This document shows positions 50,854-59,688 of a stretch of DNA of 64,000 bases, one piece after another. The stretch spans positions 413,456-477,455 of the forward strand of contig OY968788.1 in assembly GCA_963695435.1 (NCBI GenBank). Direction: 5' to 3'. Source of the stretch: an uncultured bacterium (GTDB taxonomy: Bacteria > Patescibacteriota > Kazan-3B-28). Under the pieces are notes generated by a model. It saw only the letters and a program-made list of their open reading frames with translations. It was not told the origin of the DNA and did not search any database. The stretch's first letter is position 1, and each line of letters begins with the position of its first letter. Position numbers and translations under genes: made by a program.

Positions 50854-50901
50854 AATGGTTTACTCAGATAATCTCACACCACGCACCGACTGGTGCTGTG
50901 G

Positions 50902-50979
50902 TGGTCGGGGTGGGGAGATTTGAACTCCCGATCTCAAGACCCCCAGCCTTGCGCCTTAGACCAACTAGGCCACACCCCG
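50902..50979 (-). tRNA. tRNA-Pro (anticodon GGG) with encoded CCA.
   Basis: Acceptor CGGGGTG/CACCCCG, T-loop TTCAAAT, anticodon loop CTGGGGG. Confidence 0.7.
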
Positions 50980-50996
50980 AAAGTTATCTTTTTAAT

Positions 50997-51071
50997 TGGT
51001 GCCCTCGGCAGGAATTGAACCTGCATTTAAGGCTTAGGAGTCCCTTGTTCTATCCGTTGAACTACGAGGGC
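50997..51071 (-). tRNA. tRNA-Arg (anticodon CCT) with encoded CCA.
   Basis: Acceptor GCCCTCG/CGAGGGC, D-stem GTTC/GAAC, anticodon loop CTCCTAA, T-loop TTCAATT. Confidence 0.7.
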
Positions 51072-51685
51072 ATACTCGTATATAAATTTTTTAAGGCTAT
51101 TATCTTTTTTAGTATAATACCTCCCTTACGGACTCTTACCCGGCACATTCCATAAGGAAGTTTTGCTATTTTTGACCCGCAAGAGTGTTCCACACTCACT
51201 TCATTGAGATTAAGTTTTTTACCTGTTATTTTTGACCAGAACCGTGCAGATGCATCTAAATCGAGACCTGGATATGTGCGCAAAGAGATTATTAGTTGTT
51301 CGTTTGAGATTCCAAAACACTTTCGTAAGAATACAAGAAATAACTTAATCATTTCAGCATCACTATTCATAAAACTCAAATCCTTCTTTGTACCCTCTGC
51401 CCAATACAAAGCAGTCCCTAACAACATCAATTCTGGTACGCCGATGGTTTTTGTATGTTGGTGGGCAAAATTTTTCGCTTCTATCCATTGCTTCTGAGAA
51501 GCTATCGTGCTGGTGTTCTGGCGAGCCTGCAGTCTGGCCTGATGTTGTGGTAAGACGGGAACAATTCGAACAAGTCTGTATACGGTAGAACGAGGCATTT
51601 TTGCGAGACGGCTAATCTCCGGGATGCTGTGTCCCGTACGTCTTAAATTGACGATACTCTCTTTGATCTGAGGAGAAAGCACCAT
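51062..51685 (-). CDS. HTH-domain protein with LAGLIDADG-like C-terminal domain (putative homing-endonuclease-derived).
   Basis: N-terminal HTH IPEISRLAKMPRSTVYRLV. LLGTALYWAEGTKKD resembles a LAGLIDADG motif. 3' end overlaps tRNA-Arg. Confidence 0.35.
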   Translation of the reverse strand: MVLSPQIKESIVNLRRTGHSIPEISRLAKMPRSTVYRLVRIVPVLPQHQARLQARQNTSTIASQKQWIEAKNFAHQHTKTIGVPELMLLGTALYWAEGTKKDLSFMNSDAEMIKLFLVFLRKCFGISNEQLIISLRTYPGLDLDASARFWSKITGKKLNLNEVSVEHSCGSKIAKLPYGMCRVRVRKGGIILKKIIALKNLYTSMPS

Positions 51686-51887
51686 ACATAAATTGTAAAA
51701 TATAACTTATCCTAGGACAAGTTTGGATTTCTAGTTGTCAAACCGTCCTATCCCCTAATAGAACGAGCTGATTGTATAGGGTAGAATAAGACTAATGGCT
51801 AGGACAATCAATAAGATTATCCAGATTAGCCGTTCTGACTTGCGTGATTTTTTCGTCATAAGTTTATTATAGAGAGGCATCTGTCTA

Positions 51888-52463
51888 ATGGCTAACCCCC
51901 AAGAATTTATTCCCGAGTTTATTGGTCAGCGTGAAAGCGAACAAATTAAGTTCGTACTGTTTCGGCATTGGTATTTCATTGCTTTTCCGATTGTTGAAGC
52001 CATTGGCATTATCCTGATTTCGCTCGTCGTTCCGATTTGGTTCCATTGGACCAAGTGGATTTTCAGCTACGGGCTAAGCACTCTAATTTATTACGGCTGG
52101 ATGGTATTTTGGATTTTATTCATGATTTACAGATATATGAATTGGTACCGTGACCGATTTATCATTACCAGTGAACGGATTGTCGATATTGACCAACGCG
52201 GATTATTCAGCCGAAAAGTTTCCGAGGTAGAGCTGGATAAGGTGCAAAATATCACTCATTCCGTGGATGGAGTAGCCGCAACAATGTTTAATTTTGGGAC
52301 CATCATCGTTCAATCGGCAGGAGCGGGAGAATTGACATTGGAGCAAGTGACAGACCCAGCGGGAGTCCAAGAAGAAATTACCCGCTTGGTCAAAATCGCT
52401 TCAGAAGACAAGCCCGTAACAGCGAATGAATTAATAGATTACATTAAGCAGAATAGACAATGA
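51888..52463 (+). CDS. Membrane protein with bacterial PH domain (YdbS/YdbT-like, bPH_2).
   Basis: Two N-terminal TM helices followed by a PH-like domain (FIITSERIVDIDQRGLFSRKVSEVELDKVQNI). Confidence 0.6.
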   Translation: MANPQEFIPEFIGQRESEQIKFVLFRHWYFIAFPIVEAIGIILISLVVPIWFHWTKWIFSYGLSTLIYYGWMVFWILFMIYRYMNWYRDRFIITSERIVDIDQRGLFSRKVSEVELDKVQNITHSVDGVAATMFNFGTIIVQSAGAGELTLEQVTDPAGVQEEITRLVKIASEDKPVTANELIDYIKQNRQ

Positions 52464-52987
52464 AAATATTTTGGCAAATCTTTTCAGGGATAGTTCTTAT
52501 CGCTCTGTTTTGGGTAACCTACAGCTTGGTTTCAATGATAAAACCACCGACCATACCCGAAGGTTTTTCTAATAAACCGCAGGTTATCGGACAAGAAGGA
52601 GGTTTTCACCTGCTAAACGATATCAAGATTCTTCGGTATGACAAATACGATACAGTGGCAATTTATACTAATCTCAATCGCAGTAGTGCAGCGGAGGATG
52701 TTGAAACGCCAACTACTAGTATGGCTATAGGCACTACCGATGATCAAACCCCTATTCTCAAAGTTGCGCTAACCGATACTAAGATGTCAGACAAATTATC
52801 ACAGGCAGACATCAGTCGTATTTCAAGACAGTTAGTACCAAAAAGCCCAATCGAAGAAGTGATTGTTACAAACCCAAAAAATCCTGATATGCAACAGATT
52901 GAAATTAGGATTACCAAGGGCGGCCAGTACCGCTTGAGTGCTGATACGAAAAATGCTGGTACTATTCTTGTTGATATACTAAAATAG
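52460..52987 (+). CDS. Hypothetical N-terminally anchored protein.
   Basis: Start overlaps the upstream stop. One TM then a soluble domain. Confidence 0.4.
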   Translation: MKIFWQIFSGIVLIALFWVTYSLVSMIKPPTIPEGFSNKPQVIGQEGGFHLLNDIKILRYDKYDTVAIYTNLNRSSAAEDVETPTTSMAIGTTDDQTPILKVALTDTKMSDKLSQADISRISRQLVPKSPIEEVIVTNPKNPDMQQIEIRITKGGQYRLSADTKNAGTILVDILK

Positions 52988-52999
52988 CTTCGTTCTTGT

Positions 53000-53076
53000 G
53001 GGGGTGTAGCTCAGCTGGTTAGAGCGCCTCCCTGTCACGGAGGAGGTCGCGGGTTCGAGCCCCGTCACTCCCGCCA
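53000..53076 (+). tRNA. tRNA-Asp (anticodon GTC) with encoded CCA.
   Basis: TAGCTCAGCTGGTTAGAGC D-arm, anticodon stem-loop CCTCC-CTGTCAC-GGAGG, T-loop TTCGAGC. Flanked by complementary cttgtgg/ccacaag. Confidence 0.85.
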
Positions 53077-53118
53077 CAAGAAAAACAACTCTGTAATAGA
53101 GTTGTTTTTGTATGTTGG

Positions 53119-53271
53119 GTTGACCCCGTAGAGAATTTTGGAGTGTTTTAGTTATTCAATATGCCGGTAGTTAAAAGCAATAATACGCATTAATATCTTT
53201 TGACCCTATCAGCTTACCCAGCTCCACTAAAACAAGGAGGCGGATTCTCCAAAATCTTCTACGGGGTTGAC
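53119..53271. mobile_element. MITE-like element (family 3) just downstream of tRNA-Asp.
   Basis: 25-bp TIRs gttgaccccgtagagaattttggag / ctccaaaatcttctacggggttgac. Confidence 0.7.
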
Positions 53272-53349
53272 TAATCAGATTCGAGAGACTAAACTCGCGG
53301 AGGTTGGTCTTAACTAACCACCTCTCAATCCCATCTTTGGAGGTGCGGT

Positions 53350-53661
53350 ATGAAATTGCACTTTTTCGGATTTATCAGGCTTGCGGCGATACGTTTTCTT
53401 TTTCCCAAGCATAAGGAAACTCCCGAGGATAGTCTTGCAAGTTATGTACTGTTCGTTGATAGCACCTTAACAGAGGTGCAAACAGAATGTCTTGAAGCTG
53501 ATTCTGGTTTAGTTGAGCTCAAAGAAAAGCTCAATAGCCAATTTGGCGCTTGCCGAAACAGAGAGGTGGCAGAAACTTTGGTCCGATACTGTTTGTCCAA
53601 GTCTGATCTACCTCCATCAATCCAGAACCTCGTTGCAGAGCGCTTGAAAGCACAGGCCTGA
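53350..53661 (+). CDS. Hypothetical protein (103 aa).
   Basis: Strong SD ggaggtgcggtATG. No recognised domain. Confidence 0.4.
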   Translation: MKLHFFGFIRLAAIRFLFPKHKETPEDSLASYVLFVDSTLTEVQTECLEADSGLVELKEKLNSQFGACRNREVAETLVRYCLSKSDLPPSIQNLVAERLKAQA

Positions 53662-53743
53662 AAATTCGTATAATTAGTGCCGCCCTGTTTCCAGCAGGGT
53701 GGCACTTACCATATCTATCGTATAATTAGACCTGTTAGAATCT

Positions 53744-53817
53744 GCGAGTGTGGTTCAGTGGCAGAACGCGACCTTCCCAAGGTTGAGACGGGAGTTCGAT
53801 TCTCCTCACTCGCTCCA
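53744..53817 (+). tRNA. tRNA-Gly (anticodon CCC) with encoded CCA.
   Basis: Acceptor GCGAGTG/CACTCGC, anticodon loop TTCCCAA, T-loop TTCGATT. Followed by terminator hairpin at 53827..53851. Confidence 0.8.
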
Positions 53818-53826
53818 GAAACAAAG

Positions 53827-53851
53827 AAATCGGATTTACTCCGATTTTTTT
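53827..53851 (+). terminator. Rho-independent terminator after tRNA-Gly.
   Basis: aatcggatttactccgatt followed by TTTTTTTG. Confidence 0.7.
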
Positions 53852-53928
53852 GTTTGGGTGAGAGAGAATTGAGCTCTGCGAAGCATGAGTTCGCGCACGA
53901 GACCACTTTATAAATTTGTTGTCTTCTA

Positions 53929-53997
53929 TTAGGTGGCGAGTGAAGGGCCCCCACAGCCAGTGGGGAAAATCTTCTACCTCACTCGCTCCAGAAAACA
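53929..53997 (+). pseudogene. Truncated tRNA-Gly remnant: acceptor halves retained (gcgagtg...cactcgctcca), core replaced.
   Basis: 18-nt direct repeat of the tRNA-Gly 3' end (cctcactcgctccagaaa) at 53804 and 53978. Confidence 0.5.
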
Positions 53998-54019
53998 TAA
54001 CCCCCTATCCATTCTTCTA

Positions 54020-54275
54020 TCCGCCATTGGAGGAGGGATGTTTTTGTCTTTTACCCCATCGAGCAAATTGCGTTATCCAATTAGAAAATCAGCCGGTATG
54101 GATAGCGTTGTTTGAGCGTAGCGAGTATAGCGTATAGTCCAGAAAGGTCTGATTTTCTATTTTGGATAGCAATTTGTGAGTGGGGAGCGACTTTGGTTAC
54201 TTTCCTCAAGCGGAAAGTAACAATCGCTGAAGCGCGATTCGGCGCTTCAAAACAAAAAAGAAAAGAAAAAAGGGT
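54020..54275. repeat. About 250-nt structured intergenic element, copy 3 of 3 (most diverged).
   Basis: Shares the 5' block ccgccattggaggagggatgt and two hairpins with compensatory changes (gaagcgcgattcggcgcttc versus cgagcgcgattcggcgctcg). Confidence 0.5.
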
Positions 54276-54501
54276 TAATAGGAACTCCTATTACTCAACT
54301 AAAAGACACCACTAGTTCGTTCCGTGTAGATTCTTGGTTCCGAGCAACCAAGTGGGTTCTCACACCCCACCCCCACGGGGGCGAGAAATATTGAGATCCC
54401 GTATCTAAAGTTTGTTGGCCAAAATTACAGGAACGAATCAATGGTGCTACTCTTATTTTACACCCGATTTTTTCTGCCTAATTTTGAACGGTGGATAAAA
54501 G

Positions 54502-55158
54502 TCAGAATGGCAGAGTGCTAGAGCCAACAATCCATTGTAAAACGGCAATTATTGGTTCCAGAAGCCGATAAAGTAACCCTGTGTTAAATATCGTATCGGA
54601 AAAAATCAGCAGTAGGAGCGCAATTGGCCCCATTTGTTCAATGCGTAAAATTGTCTCTTGACGCACATTAAAACTATCCAAAATTAGGTACAAAATCTTG
54701 GAGCCATCTAATGGTGGGATTGGTATCAAATTGAATGCCGCCAGAAAAATATTTAGCGTCACGACTGTTGCCAAAAAAATGTAAAGTTGTCCTTCTGGCA
54801 GGGCTTGATGTTGAATTAAATAAATTCTTCCCGGCAACGCAAAGACAAACGCCAATAATATATTTGATATCGGACCGCTAATTGCAATAAGCACTTCACT
54901 GAATCTTCCGCGAGTAAGTCGTGCTGGATTATATGGAACTGGTTTGCCCCAACCGAACCCCACCAACAAAATCATAATAGTTCCCATTGGGTCCAGATGT
55001 GCTAGCGGATTTAGAGTCAATCGACCGAGATGTTTGGCAGTCGAATCCCCTAGTTGGTTCGCCATCCACGCGTGAGCAAACTCATGAAAGGTAATCGCTA
55101 TTGTAAGAGCAACTAGTAGGAAAACCACAGTGTCGAGCTGAAAATTAGATAACAACAT
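54502..55158 (-). CDS. Site-2 protease family (M50) zinc metalloprotease.
   Basis: HEFAHAW (HExxH) in TM1. Polytopic. LDGSKIL third-ligand region. Confidence 0.8.
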   Translation of the reverse strand: MLLSNFQLDTVVFLLVALTIAITFHEFAHAWMANQLGDSTAKHLGRLTLNPLAHLDPMGTIMILLVGFGWGKPVPYNPARLTRGRFSEVLIAISGPISNILLAFVFALPGRIYLIQHQALPEGQLYIFLATVVTLNIFLAAFNLIPIPPLDGSKILYLILDSFNVRQETILRIEQMGPIALLLLIFSDTIFNTGLLYRLLEPIIAVLQWIVGSSTLPF

Positions 55159-55204
55159 AAAAACCTTGTCCTAAATTACCTTTTTTGCTAACCTGATATA
55201 GACT

Positions 55205-55310
55205 GATGGACTTATAGTCCTATAGACTTATAGCCAGAACATTTCAGACCGTCTGTCTATTAGTTTATCCGTCCATCGTCTATTAGTCTATTAGTCTATC
55301 GTCTAACCTT
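55205..55310. repeat. Low-complexity tract of GTCTATT-type direct repeats (tctattagtctattagtctatcgtcta).
   Basis: Same motif class as 11232..11292. Confidence 0.6.
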
Positions 55311-55520
55311 ATGTCTAAGATTTGCTATATCTGCAACAAGCAGGCAGTGTCGGGCAACAATGTCAGCCACTCCAAACGCCGAACCAAGCGTACTTTTAGT
55401 GCGAATTTGATTTCCACAAAAATCGCTGGTAAGAGCGTATTGGTTTGTACTCGGTGTCTAAAGACTCTGAGCAAGCCTGCGGTTCCTAGTCGAGCCGCCA
55501 AACGAGCTGCGAAAAAGTAA
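55311..55520 (+). CDS. rpmB: 50S ribosomal protein L28.
   Basis: [33 protein letters not shown]. Confidence 0.85.
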   Translation: MSKICYICNKQAVSGNNVSHSKRRTKRTFSANLISTKIAGKSVLVCTRCLKTLSKPAVPSRAAKRAAKK

Positions 55521-55537
55521 AAAGAATACCGCCTGTG

Positions 55538-55572
55538 GCGGTACTTCTTTTTCTGGTCGGGGTGACAGGATT
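55538..55572 (+). terminator. Rho-independent terminator after rpmB.
   Basis: aataccgcc-tgt-ggcggtact followed by tctttttct. Confidence 0.7.
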
Positions 55573-55585
55573 CGCACCTGCGACC

Positions 55586-55660
55586 TCGTCGTCCCGAACG
55601 ACGCGCGCTACTCCTGCGCTACACCCCGTGGAGCCGCCTCTGGGATTCGGACCCAGGATC
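55586..55660 (-). tRNA. tRNA-Pro (anticodon CGG) with encoded CCA.
   Basis: Near-paralog of tRNA-Pro(TGG). Anticodon loop TTCGGGA. Confidence 0.8.
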
Positions 55661-55736
55661 TCTACTTTACGAAAGTATTGCTCTACCAGCTGAGCTAAGG
55701 CGGCAACTACAACAGCCAGACTACATTGTTAGTATA
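55661..55736 (-). tRNA. tRNA-Thr (anticodon CGT) with encoded CCA, abutting tRNA-Pro.
   Basis: Acceptor GCCGCCT/AGGCGGC, D-arm TAGCTCAGCTGGTAGAGC, anticodon loop TTCGTAA, T-loop TCCGAAT. Confidence 0.75.
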
Positions 55737-55799
55737 GCTAAGTCAAAAGGATAAAAAAGGTGCGTTCAGCTTATTCAGCAGAACGCACAAGTTCCTTAA

Positions 55800-55948
55800 T
55801 GATCATCATCGGCTTTTTCCCCCTCTCAGGTTGGCAATGTCTGAGTTGTTTTCTTGCTTACCGCCTTTCCTGTTGGGTGGGATTACTCCTTTTGATGACC
55901 GTTTCTTTTTCTTCGGTTCTTTTTTGGGCCGATCGCGTTTACCCATGA
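55800..55948 (-). CDS. Small highly basic protein (about 49 aa), hypothetical.
   Basis: MGKRDRPKKEPKKKKRSSKG... with consensus SD (tttGGAGGAcatcATG). Not in the ORF track (below 60 aa). Confidence 0.4.
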
Positions 55949-56008
55949 TGTCCTCCAAAGTACAAGTTCTTGACAGACAATAGAAATCTTCTGGTCAGTG
56001 AATGCGAA

Positions 56009-56224
56009 CTAAACGAAGATTATGGGGCGTCGTCTAATGGCGCTAATACGCCGAATCCTGTCGTCAATCTCCTTGCCTGCTTCTTCCGCAATTCGGTTTA
56101 ATTCAGCTCTTTCTTTCGGATCTAATCCTGCCCAGTTTTCGAAAAGACCTGATTGACTTGCGTCGGATTCACACTCATAGAGGTGAATCGTATCGTCGTC
56201 TTCTTTATCCGCCTCACGGCTCAT
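56009..56224 (-). CDS. Small acidic protein (71 aa), hypothetical.
   Basis: Consensus SD (GGAGGAGG). Leader resembles that of the neighbouring small basic ORF. Confidence 0.45.
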   Translation of the reverse strand: MSREADKEDDDTIHLYECESDASQSGLFENWAGLDPKERAELNRIAEEAGKEIDDRIRRISAIRRRPIIFV

Positions 56225-56295
56225 AGGGATCCTCCTCCAAGGTACAAAGATACCCGCAGACTATACCTCGAGAGGTGGAATGTCTAGCAGGAAAG

Positions 56296-56859
56296 CTATT
56301 TGTTCTCTAATTCTTTCCGAATAATATCGGCTGTTTCGGCGACTATCTTTTCCAGCTTGCCGTCATAGTTAGTGACGCGATAAGTAAATCGAGGTGCTTC
56401 GGCAATTTCCTCACGGGCAATCTTCAGACGATTGCGAATTTCTTCTTTGGATAGAGCACGATTCTCTAGTCGCGTACGAAGAATTTCAAAAGAACTGGGC
56501 ACAATAAAAATAACTCTTGCCTCGGGATAATGCTCATGCAAAAATTCCGCTCCCCTTACATCCACCACCCAAAGTGGAGATTTGCCAGACTGGACGATAG
56601 TTTCGACATCTCGTTTTTGACTGCCATAATGTTCATCGTTGTAAATCGCCCATTCGAACATTTCGTCTTTTTCAATCATCTGCAGGAATTCTTCCCTAGT
56701 GACAAAATGATATTCTCTATCATCCACCTCCCCTTCCCGAGCGGGGCGGGTGGTTGTGGTGATAACTTTAGCAATTGGTAAATTAGTTTTTAGCAACTCT
56801 CTGGCGAGAGTAGTTTTGCCGACAGCGGAAGGACCGGTAATAACAAAAAATTTATCCAA
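56296..56859 (-). CDS. gmk: Guanylate kinase.
   Basis: P-loop ITGPSAVGKTTL, TTTRPAREGEVDDREYHFV guanylate-kinase signature. Confidence 0.85.
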   Translation of the reverse strand: MDKFFVITGPSAVGKTTLARELLKTNLPIAKVITTTTRPAREGEVDDREYHFVTREEFLQMIEKDEMFEWAIYNDEHYGSQKRDVETIVQSGKSPLWVVDVRGAEFLHEHYPEARVIFIVPSSFEILRTRLENRALSKEEIRNRLKIAREEIAEAPRFTYRVTNYDGKLEKIVAETADIIRKELENK

Positions 56860-57508
56860 TGCTTTTAATAAAATTATTTAAATCGGCTGGGAGAGGTGAA
56901 ATAAATTTTCGTAGCTTACCTTTCCAGTCAGTAAAAGAAATTTGATGAGCATGCAGAAATTGGCGGGGCGCTGAATCGGTTTTTCCATAAACTTTATCCC
57001 CCGCCACGGGGTATCCAAGACTTCCAAAATGAACACGCAGTTGGTGAGTGCGGCCAGTTTTAGGATAAGCAAAAAGGTAAGTGTAGCGCGGATAATAATG
57101 CTTCACTTGGTAGATTGTTTCAGCTAACCGACCACCCATGGCTGGTTCAAACTTAGTGCGATGAATAAGATGACGAGACAAGGGAATTTGAATCGATCCT
57201 TTTTCAGGGCTCAGCCTTCCGTGCACCAGCACCAAGTATTCTTTGGTGATTTCATGTTTCTTGAATAGTTGTTTTAGATATTCAAATGTCGGTTTAGTTT
57301 TGGCAACTAATAACAACCCAGAAGTGTCTTTATCCAGCCGATGAAGAAGACCAAATCTTTCTTTAGCAAGTGGCGAGCGAGGAAGATGTTTCTTTAGCCA
57401 GTCCACCAAAGTGGTTCCGTGATGACCGGCGCCTTCATGCACAACCAAACCAGCTGGCTTATCCAGCACCAACAAATCCGCATCTTCAAAAATTATTTTT
57501 GGTTCCAT
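56852..57508 (-). CDS. RluA-family pseudouridine synthase (no S4 domain).
   Basis: HRLDKDTSGLLLVAKT catalytic motif. Confidence 0.85.
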   Translation of the reverse strand: MEPKIIFEDADLLVLDKPAGLVVHEGAGHHGTTLVDWLKKHLPRSPLAKERFGLLHRLDKDTSGLLLVAKTKPTFEYLKQLFKKHEITKEYLVLVHGRLSPEKGSIQIPLSRHLIHRTKFEPAMGGRLAETIYQVKHYYPRYTYLFAYPKTGRTHQLRVHFGSLGYPVAGDKVYGKTDSAPRQFLHAHQISFTDWKGKLRKFISPLPADLNNFIKSIG

Positions 57509-57912
57509 GAATTTTTGATAAGTATCCCTAACGCCATGATTATGCCAAAAGTAATAGCAACATCAGCCAAATTGATAAAACTCAAACTTCCTAAATTCCA
57601 GTAATCAGCCACGCCGCCAGAGAGCAACACTCTATCCAGCAAATTACTCGCTCCCCCGCCCACAATCAACCCCAATGCCCACGCCCAACCAACCCCAATT
57701 CTTTTTTGCGAATAGAACAACCAAAGCATCGCCATCAAAAAAACAATCATCACCGCAAAAACTATTGCGGTCGGAAGCATAATATTGAACGCCAGCCCCA
57801 TATTGAGGGTGCTAGATTCGGCAAAATACCAGCGCGCTAATTGGCAAAGCGCCAGCGTGAAGAGCGCGGCCAGCCAAAAAGTGGTAGTCGTTTTTGTTTG
57901 TTGAGAAAACAT
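57493..57912 (-). CDS. lspA: Lipoprotein signal peptidase (signal peptidase II).
   Basis: Four TM helices. GGGASNLLDR and FNIADVAI-type conserved blocks. Confidence 0.8.
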   Translation of the reverse strand: MFSQQTKTTTTFWLAALFTLALCQLARWYFAESSTLNMGLAFNIMLPTAIVFAVMIVFLMAMLWLFYSQKRIGVGWAWALGLIVGGGASNLLDRVLLSGGVADYWNLGSLSFINLADVAITFGIIMALGILIKNSWNQK

Positions 57913-57915
57913 ATT

Positions 57916-58284
57916 TTAGTCGTCAGTACAGGCGCGAGCCGCCGGATAGGCCACTAGACGGTCTTCGTCAATCCAATCACCCGTTGATTCACACCGACCA
58001 TAAGTGCCAGCAGCGAATTTTTCCAGAGCGTTATCGATTTCAACTAAAGATTTTTCCAGTTCTGACACCTGGGCTTGATGTTCCTGCAAAGCTTGGGATT
58101 CGTCTCCGCTTTCCCCCTCATCTTCCGGGCTCCCGGATTCGTAGTCTGGTTGAAGTGCCACCCAGCCGCCAGCCGATTGGTCAAACCTGGCAATCTGTTT
58201 CAATTCCTCTTCTAACTCCCCCTTTTGACGCAAAAGTTCTTCTTTTCTTATCTGTAAAAATTCTGGTGAGTAGTGAGAGTCCAT
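57916..58284 (-). CDS. DksA/TraR-family C4-type zinc-finger protein (putative).
   Basis: Coiled-coil N-terminus and C-terminal Cys-containing segment (GTYGRCESTG...AARACTDD). Divergent. Confidence 0.45.
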   Translation of the reverse strand: MDSHYSPEFLQIRKEELLRQKGELEEELKQIARFDQSAGGWVALQPDYESGSPEDEGESGDESQALQEHQAQVSELEKSLVEIDNALEKFAAGTYGRCESTGDWIDEDRLVAYPAARACTDD

Positions 58285-58294
58285 AACCTACCTC

Positions 58295-59320
58295 CTATTT
58301 ACGAATATTCGCACCTAGCAAGCTTAGCACAGCTTCTAGTTTTTCTTGGGTGCCGAGCAGGATCAGCCGATCTCCTGCGTCTACCAGCACATCGCCGGTT
58401 GGGTTGATGATCGCCTCTCCGTCTTGTTTGTGAATCGCCAGCACAGTGGCGCCGTAGTTCCGATTTGATAATTTATCAGCAATGGTGTGACCCGCTACTG
58501 GCGAGTGGGCAGGAACGATGACCTCATCGATTCGCACTTCGCGATTGGATAAATCTTGAATGTCGTCAATAAAGTCAGCCACTGTTGGGCTAAGTGCGAA
58601 ACTTGCCATCCGAAATCCGCCGATGTGATGAGGTGAAACAACGCGGTTGGCGCCGATCTTCAATAATTTATTTGCGGTGCCTTCGCCGTTGGCGCGAGCA
58701 ACTATAAACAAATCTTTGTTCATTGTGCGGGCGGTTACTACTGTCATTACCGCGTCGCTATCCTCGCCCAAACAAATGATTAGCCCTTTGGCGTCCAGAA
58801 TGCCGGCGCGCTTGAGAGTTTCTTCGCTGGTCGCGTCTCCGATGAGATAGGGGTAGCCTGCTTTTTCGCATTCCTCTGCGACAGTGGGGTGGCGTTCAAT
58901 AATTACAAAATTGGCGTGTTCCTGAACAAGCTCGCTTACAACCTGGCGACCAACTCGACCAAAACCGCAGATAATATAATGACCAGACAAATTGCGTAGA
59001 GTTTTTTCCATCTTCTTATATTTTAGCGCCTCTTCCAGCTTATTTTCTAGGATATATTCACTGACTACTCTGATTACATAATAAATCGTAATCAGTCCAA
59101 AAATAATTAATATGATTGTAAAAATTGTTCCAGCTGATGTCTGTAGCTCAGGATGAGCAAACCCGAGAGTGGAAAAAATAGTGACAACAACATAAAGCGA
59201 TGTCAGAGGGTCCCATCCTTCAATGAACATAAAACCAATCGTACCGACTATCACCAGAACAATAATCAGCAGTAATAGTCCCCAGAGATTAATTTTTTTT
59301 GTCGGTTGATTGTCCCCCAT
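58295..59320 (-). CDS. Potassium channel with RCK/TrkA-N domains (Kch-like).
   Basis: 2-TM pore module with selectivity-filter-like TLGFA. Rossmann RCK motif YIICGFGRVGRQV. Second RCK-C domain. Confidence 0.75.
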   Translation of the reverse strand: MGDNQPTKKINLWGLLLLIIVLVIVGTIGFMFIEGWDPLTSLYVVVTIFSTLGFAHPELQTSAGTIFTIILIIFGLITIYYVIRVVSEYILENKLEEALKYKKMEKTLRNLSGHYIICGFGRVGRQVVSELVQEHANFVIIERHPTVAEECEKAGYPYLIGDATSEETLKRAGILDAKGLIICLGEDSDAVMTVVTARTMNKDLFIVARANGEGTANKLLKIGANRVVSPHHIGGFRMASFALSPTVADFIDDIQDLSNREVRIDEVIVPAHSPVAGHTIADKLSNRNYGATVLAIHKQDGEAIINPTGDVLVDAGDRLILLGTQEKLEAVLSLLGANIRK

Positions 59321-59688
59321 TAGACCAGACGATTAAGTATCACTATTAGTGTAGCAATACTAATAGCAAAATATATCAGCCACATTACGAGCCAAGCCAA
59401 ATTAGTAAGCCAAAACCATCGAGCATTTCTCCACTTTGGGATAAACCAGCCGACAAGGATTGCCGTGGCGATTAGCCACGCTCCTACGCTCAAAACCCAA
59501 AGCCAAATCGGTGTGCCCGAGTTGCGAATTATTTCCATAAACTTGCCTGGATCGGCTGAAAGCAGTTCGCGGCTAAGCGCGTCCTTAACGGACAAATATT
59601 TCTCGTAAAGCTTGTATAAGTTAAAACTCAAAAACAGCCAAAGGAAAATTTGACCGAGAATAACAAGTGCTTTTACGAAGTACTTCAT
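59320..59688 (-). CDS. Hypothetical 4-TM membrane protein.
   Basis: ORF. Start/stop overlap with neighbours (operonic). Confidence 0.4.
   Translation of the reverse strand: MKYFVKALVILGQIFLWLFLSFNLYKLYEKYLSVKDALSRELLSADPGKFMEIIRNSGTPIWLWVLSVGAWLIATAILVGWFIPKWRNARWFWLTNLAWLVMWLIYFAISIATLIVILNRLV

Noticed and set aside
55760-55948. Plus-strand 62-aa ORF from the track.
   Set aside because: Hydrophobic junk-like sequence without SD. The opposite strand carries a small basic ORF with a consensus SD, which was preferred.
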